Positions 48,386 through 61,634 of a DNA stretch of 64,000 nt are shown here, one piece after another. Position 1 is the first letter of the stretch. Every line of letters begins with the position of its first letter. Below the pieces are notes generated by a model, which saw only the letters and a list, made by a program, of their open reading frames with translations, was not told the origin of the DNA and ran no database searches. Source of the stretch: Mobula hypostoma (Eukaryota); assembly GCF_963921235.1 (NCBI RefSeq), contig NC_086108.1, forward strand, positions 99,016,001 to 99,080,000, written 5' to 3'. The translations under genes and the position numbers were made by a program.

Positions 48386-50561
48386 GAAGTATGGCAGTAC
48401 TTGGGAGCGGCTCCACCATGCTCCTCGCTGATTTGATTTGATGTAAATGATGCATTTCTCTGTTTGTTTTGTTGTACATGAGACAAAAAAAAGCTAATCT
48501 TTAAAAAATCTTGTAGAGGTACCTAACTCTTCCTTGTGTAGGTACTCCTATAATTTGTTGAAGAGGGACTCAAAGTGGGTCCATCAAGGCCTGGGACTTA
48601 TTTCAGTCGAGCATCTTAATGCTGGTGTTACTAGTTCTGCCCAGTGGGGACGGAAATTAGTGAGTGCACCATAGGCTGGCTGCCAGAAACAGGGTGGAGA
48701 TGTAGCTGGTGTGGAATTCTGGGCAGAGGAATTAAACTCTCCTCCTGATGGATACAGGAGGATGCTTCCTCACACTCTATTCCATCTGCCACTTCTTTGC
48801 CCTTTCTCCTAATCGGCCCAAGTCCTTCTGCAGACTCCCAGTTTCCTCAACACTACCTGCCCCTCCGCCTGTCCTTGTCTCATCCGCAATTCAATCCTCT
48901 GGCCCACAAGATTGCATCAACTAACAAAGAAAGCAGTGATTTTGTTTTCCAAAGCCCGTAGTAAAAGGGGAATCGACATTTGTAGGTTAATTCACTGTAT
49001 CTTTCAGAAACGTTTTAAAAAACCACAAATTTCTTTAAAGTACAATCACAATTATGGGTAGGTAAGTACAGCTGGGGCCCATGTTCCCTGCTGTTATAGG
49101 CTGGATAATTTTGAATGGTAATTAGTTACACAGCCAATCCACAAGATGAATTTTATAGTCAGAACACTGGGTCTAAGGTAGGTGTGTGAACCTACTTCCC
49201 GTACTCAGACATGCCAGACAGTATTGTTCTGGCTGCAAAAACTGTTCCCTAGTGACTTAGTTATCTAACTGAATTTTACAGGAGTGTATCTGCTAATTTG
49301 TTAAATTTATTACGGGTAATAGTGAAAAATCAGATACTCGCACACAAGCTGCTGTTATCCCTCTCCTGCTGTCTGCCATTTCTCCTTTGCAGAGTTTAAA
49401 GATTCAAGATTCAAGATCGTTGCTTGTTATTCTTCAGTACAGGAGTGTAAAGGAGAAGAAAGTGGTTGTTACTTCAGATCCGATGAAGCATATAAAAATT
49501 CAATAAGCATAAAGCACAATAAATATGAAACAGTCCAATAAAACACAATGTACAAGTAACTGTTTGAGTGTGGCCGTATACACATAAGATTAGCTTATAT
49601 AATAGATGGAAAGTAACGCCAGATGCAGGGGTATCTGAACATAAGGTGACTCTGACAGGAAAGTGACAAAGGGACTCTTGGCAAGGGGAACTCGTCTAGG
49701 TAGCAGCAGGGCATATCAAAGCACGATAGGACAGTGACTGTGTCCGTGTAGGTATGAGGTGTGGAGCGTAAGCGTAAAGTGGCAGTGCATGGGGGGGTGG
49801 ATGAAGTATGCTGAGGGGGCTGTGGAGAGGGGTAGGTGAAGTGCATGTACTGGTGGTGGGGGCGGGTTAATGAGTGGAGGTGCTGATCAGCTGACGGCTT
49901 GGGGGAAGTCACTGATTTTGAATCTAGTGGTGTGGGTGTGGATGCCTGGTAGGATGGGAGTGGGACAAACAGTCAGTGAGCAGGGTGGGAAGCTATGGGA
50001 TGCCCTGCAGCGTCGCCAACTTCACTCAGCTGCACCTTCAATTAAAGACAAACACGCTTATTTCAGAGCAGGTACACCAGCAACCTTAAAAAAAGCATAA
50101 CTCTATAGATGTTTTGTTCCTGAACTAGTAATCCAGAAGCCTGGATCAGTGAGTCAGATTAGTTTGAGAATTTAAATCTGGAAATAAGTATCTGGTGTTA
50201 GTATCACAAAGTTGTATTGTATTTATTATTTTTATTTTGAAATGCAGCTTGGGAACAGGACCTTCCAGCTCAGTGGGCCAGTCCCACCCAATTACACCCA
50301 TGCGACCAATTAACCTGCAAGTCTTTGGAGAGTGGTGAATCTGTGGAATTCTCTGCCCAGCGAAGCAGTGGAGGCTACCTCAGTAAATATACTTAAGACA
50401 AGACTGGATAGATTTTTGCATAGTAGGGGAATTAAGGGTTATGGGGAAAAGGCAGGTAGGTGGGGATGAGCCCATGGCCAGATCAGCCATGATCTTATTG
50501 AATGGTGGAACAGGCTTGATGGGCCAGATGGCCGACTCCTGCTCCTATTTCTTATGTTCTA

Positions 50562-51085
50562 ACTGTCTGTGCAAGACAGGGCATTACGATATGGAGAGCA
50601 AGGTGTTGCCCATGCAGCAGGTACTCCTCTCCACGCAGCTGATGAATCCAATGGAATGGCAGAGACTGTTAAAGGTTGGCACCCAGTGACATCGCAAGAG
50701 TTGCCAGAGAGCGTTGAACTCAACATGGGACTGCCTTTAGGACTCCAGATCCTGATTTTCCCCCGTGGTTTACTCCCAAAGCCTTCCCATGAGTGGGTAT
50801 AGCCGCAAGGCAGTGGAGGTTTGCGATCAAAGTTTTCCTTCTCCCAAATGAGCAGCCAACCACAGCTGATGAGCCCCATCTGAGTGAAATCGACTGGTTT
50901 TTAGGCACCACTAACCCTCCTTTGCCCTTTCTCCTGTCACTAGAAACAGTTCTGTTGGGCTCAGCCACACATGAAGGCCAGGAGCTGGACTTGGTTGTCA
51001 GAAGCTGTTTGAGATGTATGCCATTGGGAGCATTTAATAGGTAGTGGGAGCTTACCCTCGCTACTCCGCATGCTATAAGGTACCC
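50562..51085 (-). mobile_element. Non-coding retroposon (LINE-UTR-like), copy A
   Basis: Collinear with 53755-55612; minus strand GATGGGGCTCATCAGC..GGAGAAGGAAAACT..AAACC; 3' part similar to the SINE at 18414. Confidence 0.65.
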
Positions 51086-51743
51086 CTTACAGAGTCTTAG
51101 ACTTATAAGGCATACAGACAGGCCCTATGGTTCAAATGGTCCATGCTGACCAAGATGCCCTTCGAAACTCATCCCATTTGTCAATGTTTCCAAACTTTTC
51201 CTATCCATGTACTTACCCAATTATTTTTTAGAAGTTATTATTCTATCTGCCTCATCCATTTTCTCTGGCAGCTCGTTCCACACACCTTCCATCCTTTGTG
51301 TAAAAAATGTTGCCTCTCAAGTTCCTATTAAATCTTTCTCTTGTCATTATAAAAGTAAATCCTTAAGTTTTTGATCCCTCTACCATGGGATAAAGATCAC
51401 TCCACATTCTGCTACACTCCAAGGAATAATGTCCTGGTCCCAAATAGTTCTAAAGCCTGTCCAAAGTTCCACTCCGTCTGATTTGCTGCGTTCCTCTAGC
51501 ATTGTGTGTGTGTGTGTTGCTCTGGCCTGTCCATCCTCTCCCTATAACATGATCCCTTGACAGCATCCTAGTAAATCTTTTCTGCACTCTTGCACTCTTA
51601 GCAGGTTAATTAGCAAGATTAGTCTTATGTAACTCTTGTCCCAGATTAATGTGTTCTTAATTGGGTCATGAAAGAGATTTAACAAACAATTTAGCAGTAA
51701 CAGTCATAATATTTACAACAAAATATAGAATAAAAGGTCAGAT

Positions 51744-51926
51744 ACGAGGAATTCTGCAGATGCTGGAAATTCAAGCAACACACATCAAAGTTGCTGGTGA
51801 ACGCAGCAGGCCAGGCAGCATCTCTAGGAAGAGGTACAGTCGACGTTTCAGGCCGGGACCCTGAAACTTCGACTGTACCTCTTCCTAGAGATGCTGCCTG
51901 GCCTGCTGCGTTCACCAGCAACTTTG
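51744..51926 (-). mobile_element. Penelope-like fold-back insertion (copy 7, opposite orientation)
   Basis: Flanks ATAAAAGGTCAGAT / ATAGAAGGTCAGAT (51730-51743 / 51927-51940); arms join in hammerhead helix II. Confidence 0.85.
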
Positions 51927-51964
51927 ATAGAAGGTCAGATGATGTTTCTGCAACACCAGTTAAA

Positions 51965-52378
51965 ATAAGACCATAATATATGGGAGCAGAATTAGGTCAT
52001 TTGGCCTTTGAGTCTGCGCCACCATTTCATCATGGCTGATCCTTTATTCCTCTCAGCCCCAATCTCCTGCCTTTCCTCTCCCCACTTATCCCTTCATGTC
52101 CTGACCAATCAAGAATCTGTTAACCTCTGCCTTAAATACTTGTAAAGACTTTGCCTCCACAGCTGCCCATGGCAACAAATTCCACAGATTCACCACTCTC
52201 TGGCTAAAGAAATTCCTCCTCATCTCCATTCTAAAAGGATGCCTCTCCATTCTGAGGCTGTGTCCTCTGGTCTTAGACTCCCACCATAGGAAACATCCTT
52301 TCCACATCCACTTTATCAAGACCTTTCACAGTTCGATTGGTTTCAATTGGGTCATCCCTCAATGTTCTGAATTCTAGT
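51965..52378 (-). mobile_element. CR1 3' fragment
   Basis: TRGHSLRME..RRNFFSQRVVNLWNLLP; UTR/tail at 51965. Confidence 0.87.
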
Positions 52379-52874
52379 TTGCTCTCGTACTTTGAAATCC
52401 TGTTTCCTGTTTCCTGTTTTTGTTTCTGAGATTCTGCAGCTGCTGGGAATCCAGAGTAACACATACAAAATGCAGGAGGAACTTAGCAGGTCAGGTAGCA
52501 GCTATAGAGACCTTTAGGGTTGAGATACAATGTTTGTTACTTGTGGTGTGAAATCCTCTTTCTGGTATCTGACAATTATCACAAGGCTGCAAGTAGACAT
52601 ACTCAGGTAACAAAATTCTCCTCACTGATAATTCCTTATCTTGGCAGATTGTATCTTTGTTTCTTCTCTGACATTATAAACACTGATTCCAAACGCGTTG
52701 ATAGGAGAAGTCGAATACAGATCAGATACTATCCTTAGGTTTGGCAGAGGTGTCATGGACATTATGTTTTTGGGCAAACCATCCAGAATCCCAGAATATT
52801 GAAACAAGGGACATGGATTACAAACATGAGGTCAGCTGATTTAAAACTAGAAATTGGTCCCTCCTACCTGTAGA

Positions 52875-53415
52875 ATAAGAATCAGGTTTCATATCACTGG
52901 CATACGTCGTGAAATTTGTTAACTTTGCGGCAACAGTACAATGCAATACACAATAACAGAAAAAAACCTTTGAATTGCAGTTAGTATGACAGAGGGGAAG
53001 AAGCTGTTCCTGAATCACTGAGTGTGTGCCTTCAGGCTTCTGTACTTCCTTCCTGATCATAACAATGAGAAGAGGGCATGTCCTGGGTGGTGGGGATCCT
53101 TAATGATGGATGCCACCTTTTTGAGGTACCGCTCCTTGAAGATGTCTTGGATACTATGGAGGCTAATGCCTCTGATGGAGCTAACTAAGTTTACAAAGTT
53201 TACAACTCTCTGCAGCTCACTTTGATCCTATGCAGTAGCCACCGCCTCCCCCCCCCCACCATACTAGACAGTGATGTAGCCAGTTAGAATGCTCTCCACA
53301 GTACATCTATAGAAATTTGTGAGTGACAAACCAAATCTCCTCAAACTCCTAATGAAACATAGCTGCTGTCTTGCCTTCTTTATAGCTGCATCGACAAGTT
53401 GGGTCCAGGTTAGGC
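52875..53415 (-). mobile_element. Rex1/Babar 3' fragment
   Basis: KKARQQLCFIRSLRRFG, TNFYRCTVESILTG; CCTGATTCTTATTC tail. Confidence 0.82.
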
Positions 53416-54070
53416 CATTTGTTAAGACTGTGGGTAATGTCATTATAACTTCAACTCCACACTGCCATCTATCCACAGTAACCTTCCACTTTTTTGCAAG
53501 AAGCAATCTCTTTCTGCCATCCTGTATTCAAAAACTATGCTTTCACTGTAAGGAAGAGAGTTCGGAAGACTCACTAGGCCCAGAGAGAAAACTTTCTGCC
53601 TTGTCTCTGTCTTAAATAGCTGATTGATTATTTTGAAAGAGTCACCTCTAGTTCTAGATTCTCTCACAAGAGGCACCACCCTCACATATTCATAGGATAT
53701 AGAAGAGTACGGCACAGAAACACACCCTTTGGCCTGTGATGTTTGTGCTGACCCTGAGGCCTTCTGTTGGTCAGGGTCAAGCATGAATGTTGTGTCCCAG
53801 CTGTCTATGTGATACACAAGCCAGGGCATTATGATATGGAGAGCAAGCTGTTGCCCGTGCAGCAGGATCCCACTTTCCATGCAGCTGATGAACCCCAAAC
53901 CATGTCAGAGACCTGTACAGTTAGTGGTGTCACAGGAGTTGCCAGTCAGCGTTGAACTCAATGTAGGACTGCCTCAGGGATTCCAGCTCCGGATTTTTCC
54001 TCAGGGTTACTCCCAAAACCTTCCCCATGAGTGAGTATAGCTGCAAGGCAGCAGAGGTTTCACATCAGAG

Positions 54071-55355
54071 CAGTGGTGTAGTGCTAGCCGGAGTGCACCA
54101 GAGCGCGTTTGGCACATCTTTAAGAAAAAAGCCGAAATAAACAAGCTAATTGATTTGGTGCTGCCCAGGGTGATTTGAGTATCTCAGAAACTGCTGATCT
54201 CTTGGGATTTTTACTCACAACGGACTCTGGAGGTTACAAAGAATGGTGCCAAAAACAAAAAAAAATCCAGTGAACTGGCCTCAACTGCTTCGTGTGGCAG
54301 AGAATTCCACAGATTCACCACTCTCTGTGTGAAGAAGTTTTTCCTCATCTCGGTCCTAAAAGGCTTCCCCTTTATCCTTAAACTGTGACCCCTTGTTCTG
54401 GACTTCCCCAACATTGTGAACAATCTTCCTGTATCTAGCCTGTCCTATCCCTTTAGAATTTTATACGTTTCAATCAGATTCCCCCCCCCCCCAATCTTCT
54501 AAATTCCAGAGAGTATAAGCCTAGGCGATCCAGTCTTTCATCATATGAAAGTCCTGCCATCCCAGGAATCAATCTGGTGAACCTTCTTTGTACTCCCTCT
54601 ATGGCAAGAATGTCTTTCCTCAGATTAGGGGACCAAAACTGCACACAATACTCCAGGTATGGTCTCACCAAGGCCTTGTACAACTGCAGTAGTACCTCCC
54701 TGCTCCTGTACTCAAATCCTCTTGCTATGAATGCCAGCATACCATTCGCCTTTTTCACCGCCTGCTGTACCTGCATGCCCACTTTCAATGACTGGTGTAC
54801 AATGACACCCAGGTCTCGTTGCACCTCCCCTTTTCCTAATCGGCCACTATACAGATAATAATCTGTTTTCCTGTTTTTGCCACCAAAGTGGATAACCTCA
54901 CATTTATCCACATTAAATTGCATCTGCCATGCATCTGCCCACTCATCTAACCTATCCAAGTCACCCTGCATTCTCCTAGCATCCTCCTCATAGCTAACAC
55001 TGCCGCCCAGCTTCGTGTCATCCGCAAACTTGGAGATGCTGCATTTAATTCCCTCGTCTAAGTCATTAATATATATTGTAAACAACTGGGGTCCCAGCAC
55101 TGAGCCTTGCAGTGCCCCACTAGTCACTGTTAAAAACATCTTGTTAAATCCACCTGCTGGATTTTTTTTGTTTTTTTCACCATTCTTTGTAAACTCCAGA
55201 GACTGATGTGCATAAAAATCCCAGGAGATCAGCAGTTTCTGAGATACTCGAATTACCCTGGGTGGCACCTAATTAATTAGCTTGATTATTTTGGCTTTTT
55301 TCTTAAGGATGTGCCGGACGCGCTCTGGTGCACTCTGGCTAGCACTGCACCCCCG
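54071..55355. mobile_element. hAT-type element with ~200-bp inverted arms enclosing a CR1 fragment
   Basis: 54071-54270 is the reverse complement of about 55157-55355; 8-bp TSD CATCAGAG/GATCAGAG; CAG-type end. Confidence 0.8.
54273..55128 (-). pseudogene. Internal CR1 reverse transcriptase fragment
   Basis: VTSGALQGSVLGPQLFTIYINDL..SKFADDTKL..LEYCVQFWSP; frameshift in the G-run near 54480; no CR1 3' UTR. Confidence 0.9.
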
Positions 55356-55619
55356 GATCAGAGTTTTCCAATCATGGCTGATGAGCACCATCTGCCTGAA
55401 TTGGCTGGTTTTATGACACCAGTAACCCACCTTTGCCCCTCTTCCTGTCAGTACAAATGGTTCCGCTGGGCTTAGTAGCTAATTCCCATGTGAAGGCCAG
55501 GACCTGGGCTTGGTTGTCAAAGGTGATTTGAGATGCATGCCATTGGGAGAATTTAATAGGTAATGGGGGCTTGTCTGCATTACCACCTTCGGCTATATCA
55601 ACCTTAAGGAATCAGTGCT

Positions 55620-56365
55620 GACTATGATACCAATTTTTACTAATCCTATCTACCTGCACATCGTCTGTCTTCCTCCATTCCCTGACTGTTCATGTTCCTG
55701 TCTAAGTGCTTCTTAAACTTAAACTATCCCCTTCTTTCCCTGGGAGAATATTCCAAACACCTACAGCTCTCTGTTTAAAAAACTTATCCCTCATGTTGCC
55801 TTTAAACTTCTCTCCTTTAACCATAAAAGCACGTTCTCTGGTGTTTGCCATTTCTACACTGAGGAAATAATTCTGACTGTCCACCCTATCTATGCATCTT
55901 ACAATTTTAAAAACCACTAGCAGGTCTCCCCTCAGCCTTTGACACTTTGACAGCCCATGTCCAAACTTTCCTTACTGCTCATTCCCTCCAATCCAGGCAG
56001 TGTCCTGGTAAACATCTTCTACACTCTCTCTACAACCTCCACATCCTTCCTACAATGGGACAACCAGAAGTGCACACCACACTTCAAGTACAGTCTGACT
56101 GAAGGTTTATAGAGCTACAGCATCACTTCCTTACTCTTATAGTCAGCACCCCTACCAATGAAGGCAAATATGCCATGTGCCTTCTTAACCAACTTATGCG
56201 CTGCATAATATCAATGAGTGAATGACTTGGATCCCAAGATCCCTTTGTACCTCAATGCTATTAATTATATGCATTTTTCTTTCATTTGACCTCTCAAAAC
56301 TCAACACCACGCACCTGCCCGCATTAAGTTCCATTTCCGCTTTCTCCGTCCTTATCTGTAACATA
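55620..56365 (-). mobile_element. Old CR1 3' fragment
   Basis: VFKIVRCIDRVD..TRERAFMVKGEKFKG..QRAVGVWNILP. Confidence 0.8.
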
Positions 56366-56464
56366 TCTCTTTTCTAATTAAGCCGTACCATATGTATTGT
56401 AAATATCTGTTTTGCATGGACTGGAGTGTCATCGCAATCTCGTTGTCTTATGCAATGACAATAA

Positions 56465-57340
56465 TAGATAGATAGATAGATATACTTTATTGATCCTGAG
56501 GGAAATTGGGTTTCGTTACAGCCGCACCAACCAAGAATAGAGCATAAATATAGCAATACAAAAACCACAAACAATCAAACAACAATATGCAAACTATACC
56601 AGATGGAAATAAGTCCAGGACCAGCCTATTGGCTCAGGGTGTCTGACCCTCCACGGGAGGAGCTGCAAAGTTCGATGGCCACAGGCAGGAACAACCTCCC
56701 GTGACGTCCAGTGTTGTATCTTGGTGGAATATGGCCGGAGACCAACAGCAAAAAGTTCAATATCTCGTTCACAAACATGTTCCTCGATCGTAATATGACC
56801 CGGATTGCACCATCCATTGTTAACCAGAACAGCAAGCCCCCAACTCCTTTACGCTTACCGCTCTCAGTGCACTTCCGGTCAGCCCGAACGGTCTGGAAGC
56901 CGTCCATGGAAAAGTTTTGATCGGGTATGACCTTGTGCAGCCCCGTTCCAGTAAAACACATAACACTGCACTCCCAAAATGTTCTCTGACTCCTGGCTAG
57001 TGCTGTGAACTCGTCCATTTTATTACCCACCCAACTCTTCTTCTCCATAAGTCTCTGTTGTCTCGACTTGGTCCTCTTTCCTCACCTTTGTGATCCCCCT
57101 CTGCATCTTCTGTGTGTTTTCCTCCAGATTTCAGCAGGGGTGTCCACCGCTCTGCTCGCTAAACTGGCTGGCATTAGCTCAATCAGGGGGTCCCTGGAAT
57201 AAACAATGTGACCATGCTTCTGCCCCGCTAAAGAGACGTGTCGGAATGTAACTATTTCCAGCGCTAAAAACCCAAATAAAACTCTCTCTACCAGCATTTT
57301 AGAGAGGGTGCAGCTTCAACGTGTTACCGTGAGAAAAAGA
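56465..57340 (-). mobile_element. Non-autonomous Rex1/Babar deletion derivative (copy B)
   Basis: Homologous to 43352-44165; GNKMDEF..CSVMCFTGTGL endonuclease start; same fusion junction; (TATC)n tail. Confidence 0.78.
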
Positions 57341-58611
57341 AATGTTCTATAGAACAAAAATATTCTATATCCTGCTGTATTTTTGATAGTCTTTCATACT
57401 GTCCACACCTCCACCAATCTTGATGTGATCCACAAACTTGCTAATCCACCCATCTATGTTTTCATTCAAATTATTGATGTACAACTCAAGCACAGAGGCC
57501 CCGGCACCAATCGTTGAGCTCCAGACTTCTGCCCCTATTCTCTGTCATCTACGGGCAAGTCAGCTCTCAATCCAAACTTGCATTTCATGTTGGATTTCAT
57601 GCATCTTTATCTTCTGAATCAGTTCTTCACCTTAATATTCTTCTAGAGTCCCAGGGTCTTATGTTTTTAATCAAACCATCACTCACTCTTCTAAACTCCA
57701 TTCGATTGAAAGAGTTTTTAATAATTTAAAAATATTTATCTGTTTCCAATTGATCTTTTTTATTTTCAAGTGATTACTTAGAGCAATTTTATCAATGCAA
57801 AATGCTGGAGGAACTCAGCAAATCAGGCAGTATCTAAGGAGACCTTTTCTCAGAAGAAAAGGTACGATTCCAGATACCAGCATAGTAAAAATTGCGTGAA
57901 ATACTTCAAATGCATTTACATCCTTATTTAAACAAAGAGATCAAAAATAGTGTCAATAATAATGTAAATAGTACTCCAGGTGACATTTCACCAGATGCCT
58001 ATCTTCCCTACACTTGTACTTAATTCCCCTAGCACAAAGGTGGTGAACCTTTCTGAGAAAATGCGCCTAAATTGGCGATAATCTTCTCAAAAAATTTCTT
58101 GTATACCATGGAAATTTTAAGCAGCGTTTGTCATTGATTAATTAATTTGTAACAATAATTATGAACTTTTTTTTAAAGGGAAAAGTTGAGTCTTGCTTAT
58201 TTACGTGTATTCATTGGTTTACTATTAAAAAATTATAACAGAGGCAGATTGAAATAAATGAATCATTTTAGAAAACCTATTCAAAATGATTAATATTAAC
58301 CTTCTAAAACACAATTGAAGAATAGTATCACTTCCAAATAGCATCGGTATTGTACATAATATATAACATAAGAAACATGAATTTGAATTTCTGAGCTTTG
58401 GTGCATATTCACAGAAGATCAAAGAAAGGAAAATAAACACACTTTACTCTCAGTGAGACTTTTGTTGCTGCATCAACAATGACAAATATTTTATATTCCC
58501 CTTATATTTGGTTGTCTTGAGGGCTACCCACATAGCAGTAGTTTCATCAGTAAGTCTAATTCCTATAAGTAGACTTAACCAAATTCACTGAAAACCAAGA
58601 CTACATGAAGA

Positions 58612-59410
58612 TTCATGAGGTGGAGAAGGTCAGCAGTTTTCAATTCCTCGGTGTTATCATTGCAGGCGATCAGTCCTGGGCCCAGCATGTGAGTGCCATT
58701 AGGAAGAAAGCACGGCAACACCTCTACTTCCTTAGAAGTTTGTGAAGATTCAGCATGACATCTATAACTTTGACAAACTTCTATAGATGTGCGATGGAGA
58801 GTATATTGACTGGTAGCATCCCAGCTTGGTATGGAAACACCAATGCTCTTGAATGGAAAATCCTACAGAAAGTAAAGGATTTGGCCCAGTCCATTACAGG
58901 TAAAGCCCTTCCCACCACTGAGCACATCTACATGCAGTGCTGTCACAGGAAAGAAGCAACCATCATCGGGGACCCCCATTATCAACGCCATGCTCTCTTC
59001 TCACTGCTACCATCAGGAAGAAGATACAGGAGCCTCAGAACTCACACCACCAGAATCAAGAAAAGTTATTATCCCTCAACCATTAGGTTCTTGAAACAGA
59101 GGGGATAACTTCACTCAAATTCACTTATGCCATTACTGAACCGTTCCCACAACCTATGGACTCACTCTCAATGACTTTTCATCTCATGTTCTTGATATTT
59201 ATTGCTTATTTATTTATTAGTATTATTTCTTTTTTTGTTTGTATTTGCACAGTTTGTTGTGAATTGGTAGTTTGTCCGTCCTGTTGGGCATGGTCTTTCA
59301 TTGATTATATTATGGTTATTGGATTTACTGAGTATGCCCACAAGAAAATGTCTCAAGGTTGTATATGGTGGCATATCTGTACTGGATAATAAACTTACTT
59401 TGAACTTTGA
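58612..59410 (+). mobile_element. Rex1/Babar 3' fragment
   Basis: TLTNFYRCAMESILTG..WYGN..FSLLPSGRRYRSLRTHTTR; ACTTTGAACTTTGA tail. Confidence 0.88.
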
Positions 59411-59649
59411 AGTACATACAATAGTTACTGTTTTTATCACTGAATATCCACTGTCCACTCATGACTCACAGAAGAAAAGATATAAGCAGAGTGAAGTGAA
59501 CTCTTTGCCAATAGGCCCAACTCATTACTCAGAGGTTCAAAGGTTCATTTATTATCAACGTATCTATGCAGTATACAACTCTGAGATTCGTCTTCTCCAG
59601 ATAGCCACAAAACAAAGAAAACCATGGCAGTCGTTCATAGAAAAATCGC

Positions 59650-59928
59650 CCGTAAATTTAAATTGCAACAGCAAAAGAGCATCAAACCCTGCCCCCCATG
59701 CAGAAAAGCAAATCGGCAAACTGAGAGAACATCAAACCCCAACCCCTCACACACATAAAATGCTTACAAATCCTGCCAAATTTAAATCACGCAGCGGCAG
59801 CAAGAGCATTAACCATCCCCCCCACACAGAAACCAAACAAATCGGGGGAACTGCGGGAACATCAAACCCCAAACTCCAACCCCCCTACACACAAAAAAAA
59901 CTTACAAATCGCGCCAAAATTAAATTGC
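59650..59928. repeat. Two diverged ~125-bp tandem units within a LINE-tailed repeat (about 59530-60000, minus)
   Basis: AAATTTAAAT..AAGAGCAT..CAAATCGG..GAACATCAAACCCCAA..CTTACAAATC occurs twice. Confidence 0.65.
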
Positions 59929-60860
59929 TCAGAAGGCGACAAGAAAGGATGGGTGAAAACACAACATATGAAAGACGAAAACATTGAAAAAAAGTCCAAA
60001 TACGGATGTGTACACCAGGTCTGTAAGGATATCACCCAACATCATGTGATCCACCAGTCGCCTAGCTGGCATTAAGCTGGTGTGAGATTCTTCCTTCGAA
60101 AACAAACTGCTCTTGGTTTCTAAAAAAATCATTCAGTGCTTCATTTGGCAGTAAAGATATTCATTATCTATCTATATATTATGGTTGGGATTTAAAGAAT
60201 CAAGGGACAGCACTGCATTCAGTGTACCAGCAACATTTTTGTGGGTGCCATTTGGGCAAGTGCCATAGGTTTGCCAACCCCAGCAATAAATAATAACATC
60301 CTTTAATTTTCTCAGTCACTTGACATACTCACACATTTGCCTTCATGAAACATCCACTCCTCAGCTCAAAGCTGTGCCACCTCCCACTATTTAGGTAATA
60401 TAGACTTTTTTCTCCTTTACTGGGGAAAAGTATAATTCTATATTTTTCCCATATTATGATCAATTTGCCTCACCTTTGCCCACTCATATTGCCTATCCAT
60501 ATCCCTCATAAGCTTCGCTCTGTCATCTTCATAACCCATTTCTGTATTCAATAGGCAGCCTTCATATTTTTTCTCATCCCTTGATCTTCAAGTAGTGTTT
60601 CCCTCATTTGGCTAAAGCAACGCTATTCCTGACCTCCAGTGCTGCCTGTGCGAAGTTTGCATGTTCTTACTGTAATCCCATAGAAACCCCCAGTGCTTCA
60701 GTTTCATCCCAAGTCCCAAAATCAAACTGGTTAGTAGGTTATTTAATCACTGTAAATTGCCCTAATGTAGGTTGGTAGTAGAATCTGGGGACAGCTGATG
60801 TTAATGTAGGGAGAATACTGTGAGTACCACAGTAGCATAGTCGTTAGTACAACACTATTA

Positions 60861-60993
60861 GTCCTGACGAAGGGTCTCGGCCTGAAACGTCGACTGCGCC
60901 TCTTCCTATAGATGCTGCTTGGCCTGCTGCGTTCACCAGCAACTTTGATGTATGTTGCTTGAATTTCCAGCATCTGCAGAATTCCTGTTGTTT
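60861..60993 (+). mobile_element. Penelope-like short insertion (copy 8) in a SINE head
   Basis: Flanking ACTATTA (60854-60860 / 60994-61000); begins at hammerhead helix I. Confidence 0.82.
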
Positions 60994-61634
60994 ACTATTA
61001 CAGCTTAGGCTGGTGGAGTTCAATCTCAGAAGTTTAGAAAAATAGAGGGCTATGGGTAACCCTAGGTAATTTCTAAGGTAAGGATATGTTTGGCATAGCT
61101 TTGTGGGCCGAAGAGCCTGTATTGTGCTGTAGGTTTTCTATGTTTCTATGTAATGTAATTTTCATCACCGAATTCTGACAACTGTCTCCCAAGATGTGGG
61201 AAATGGCCGATAGTTTACAGACTCTCCTTATAAACCTTTATGGTCAGACGTCAGGAATATGCTCCAGGGATATCTATCCTCACACATTTTTCGATGAAAG
61301 AAATAATAAAAAGTGATAAATTGAAAAGGCAGAATGTAGGGTTAATGGCAGGATTCTTAACAGTGTGGAGGAACAGAGGAATCTTGGAGTTCTCATTTGT
61401 AGACCCCTCAAAGTTGATAGGGTTTTTAAGAAGGTGGGGGATTGAGTTCAACAGCTACAAAGTAATGCTGATGATCCATAAAGTTCTGGTTAGACCACAA
61501 TTGGAATATTGTGTTCACTTCTGGTCGTCTTATTATAGCAAGGATGTGGAAGCTTTAGTGGGGATGCAGAGGAGATTTATCACTTTGAACTACATGGTCT
61601 TCATGAAAAGTGCTCTTATAATAAATTATTATCT

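Larger units (their letters stand above)
53755..55612 (-). mobile_element. Non-coding retroposon copy B, split by a hAT-type composite
   Basis: 53755-54070 plus 55356-55612 rejoin to match 50562-51085. Confidence 0.7.
58035..60283 (-). mobile_element. Decayed hAT (GTF2IRD2/EPM2AIP1-like) element with nested insertions
   Basis: Minus 58450-58595 reads VKSTYRN-RLTDE..ALKTTKYKGNIKYLSLLMQQQKSH*; degenerate TIR-like ends; flanks rejoin as a CR1 remnant. Confidence 0.6.

Noticed and set aside
50866..50895. CTGATGA...GAAA as another hammerhead
   Set aside because: Helix II is poor, GAAA is not kept in the sister copy at ~55378, and it lies antisense to the element.
59301..59987. 228-aa ORF as a host gene
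   Set aside because: It runs across a Rex1 UTR, unique DNA and the antisense A/C-rich tandem repeat; no domain is recognisable.
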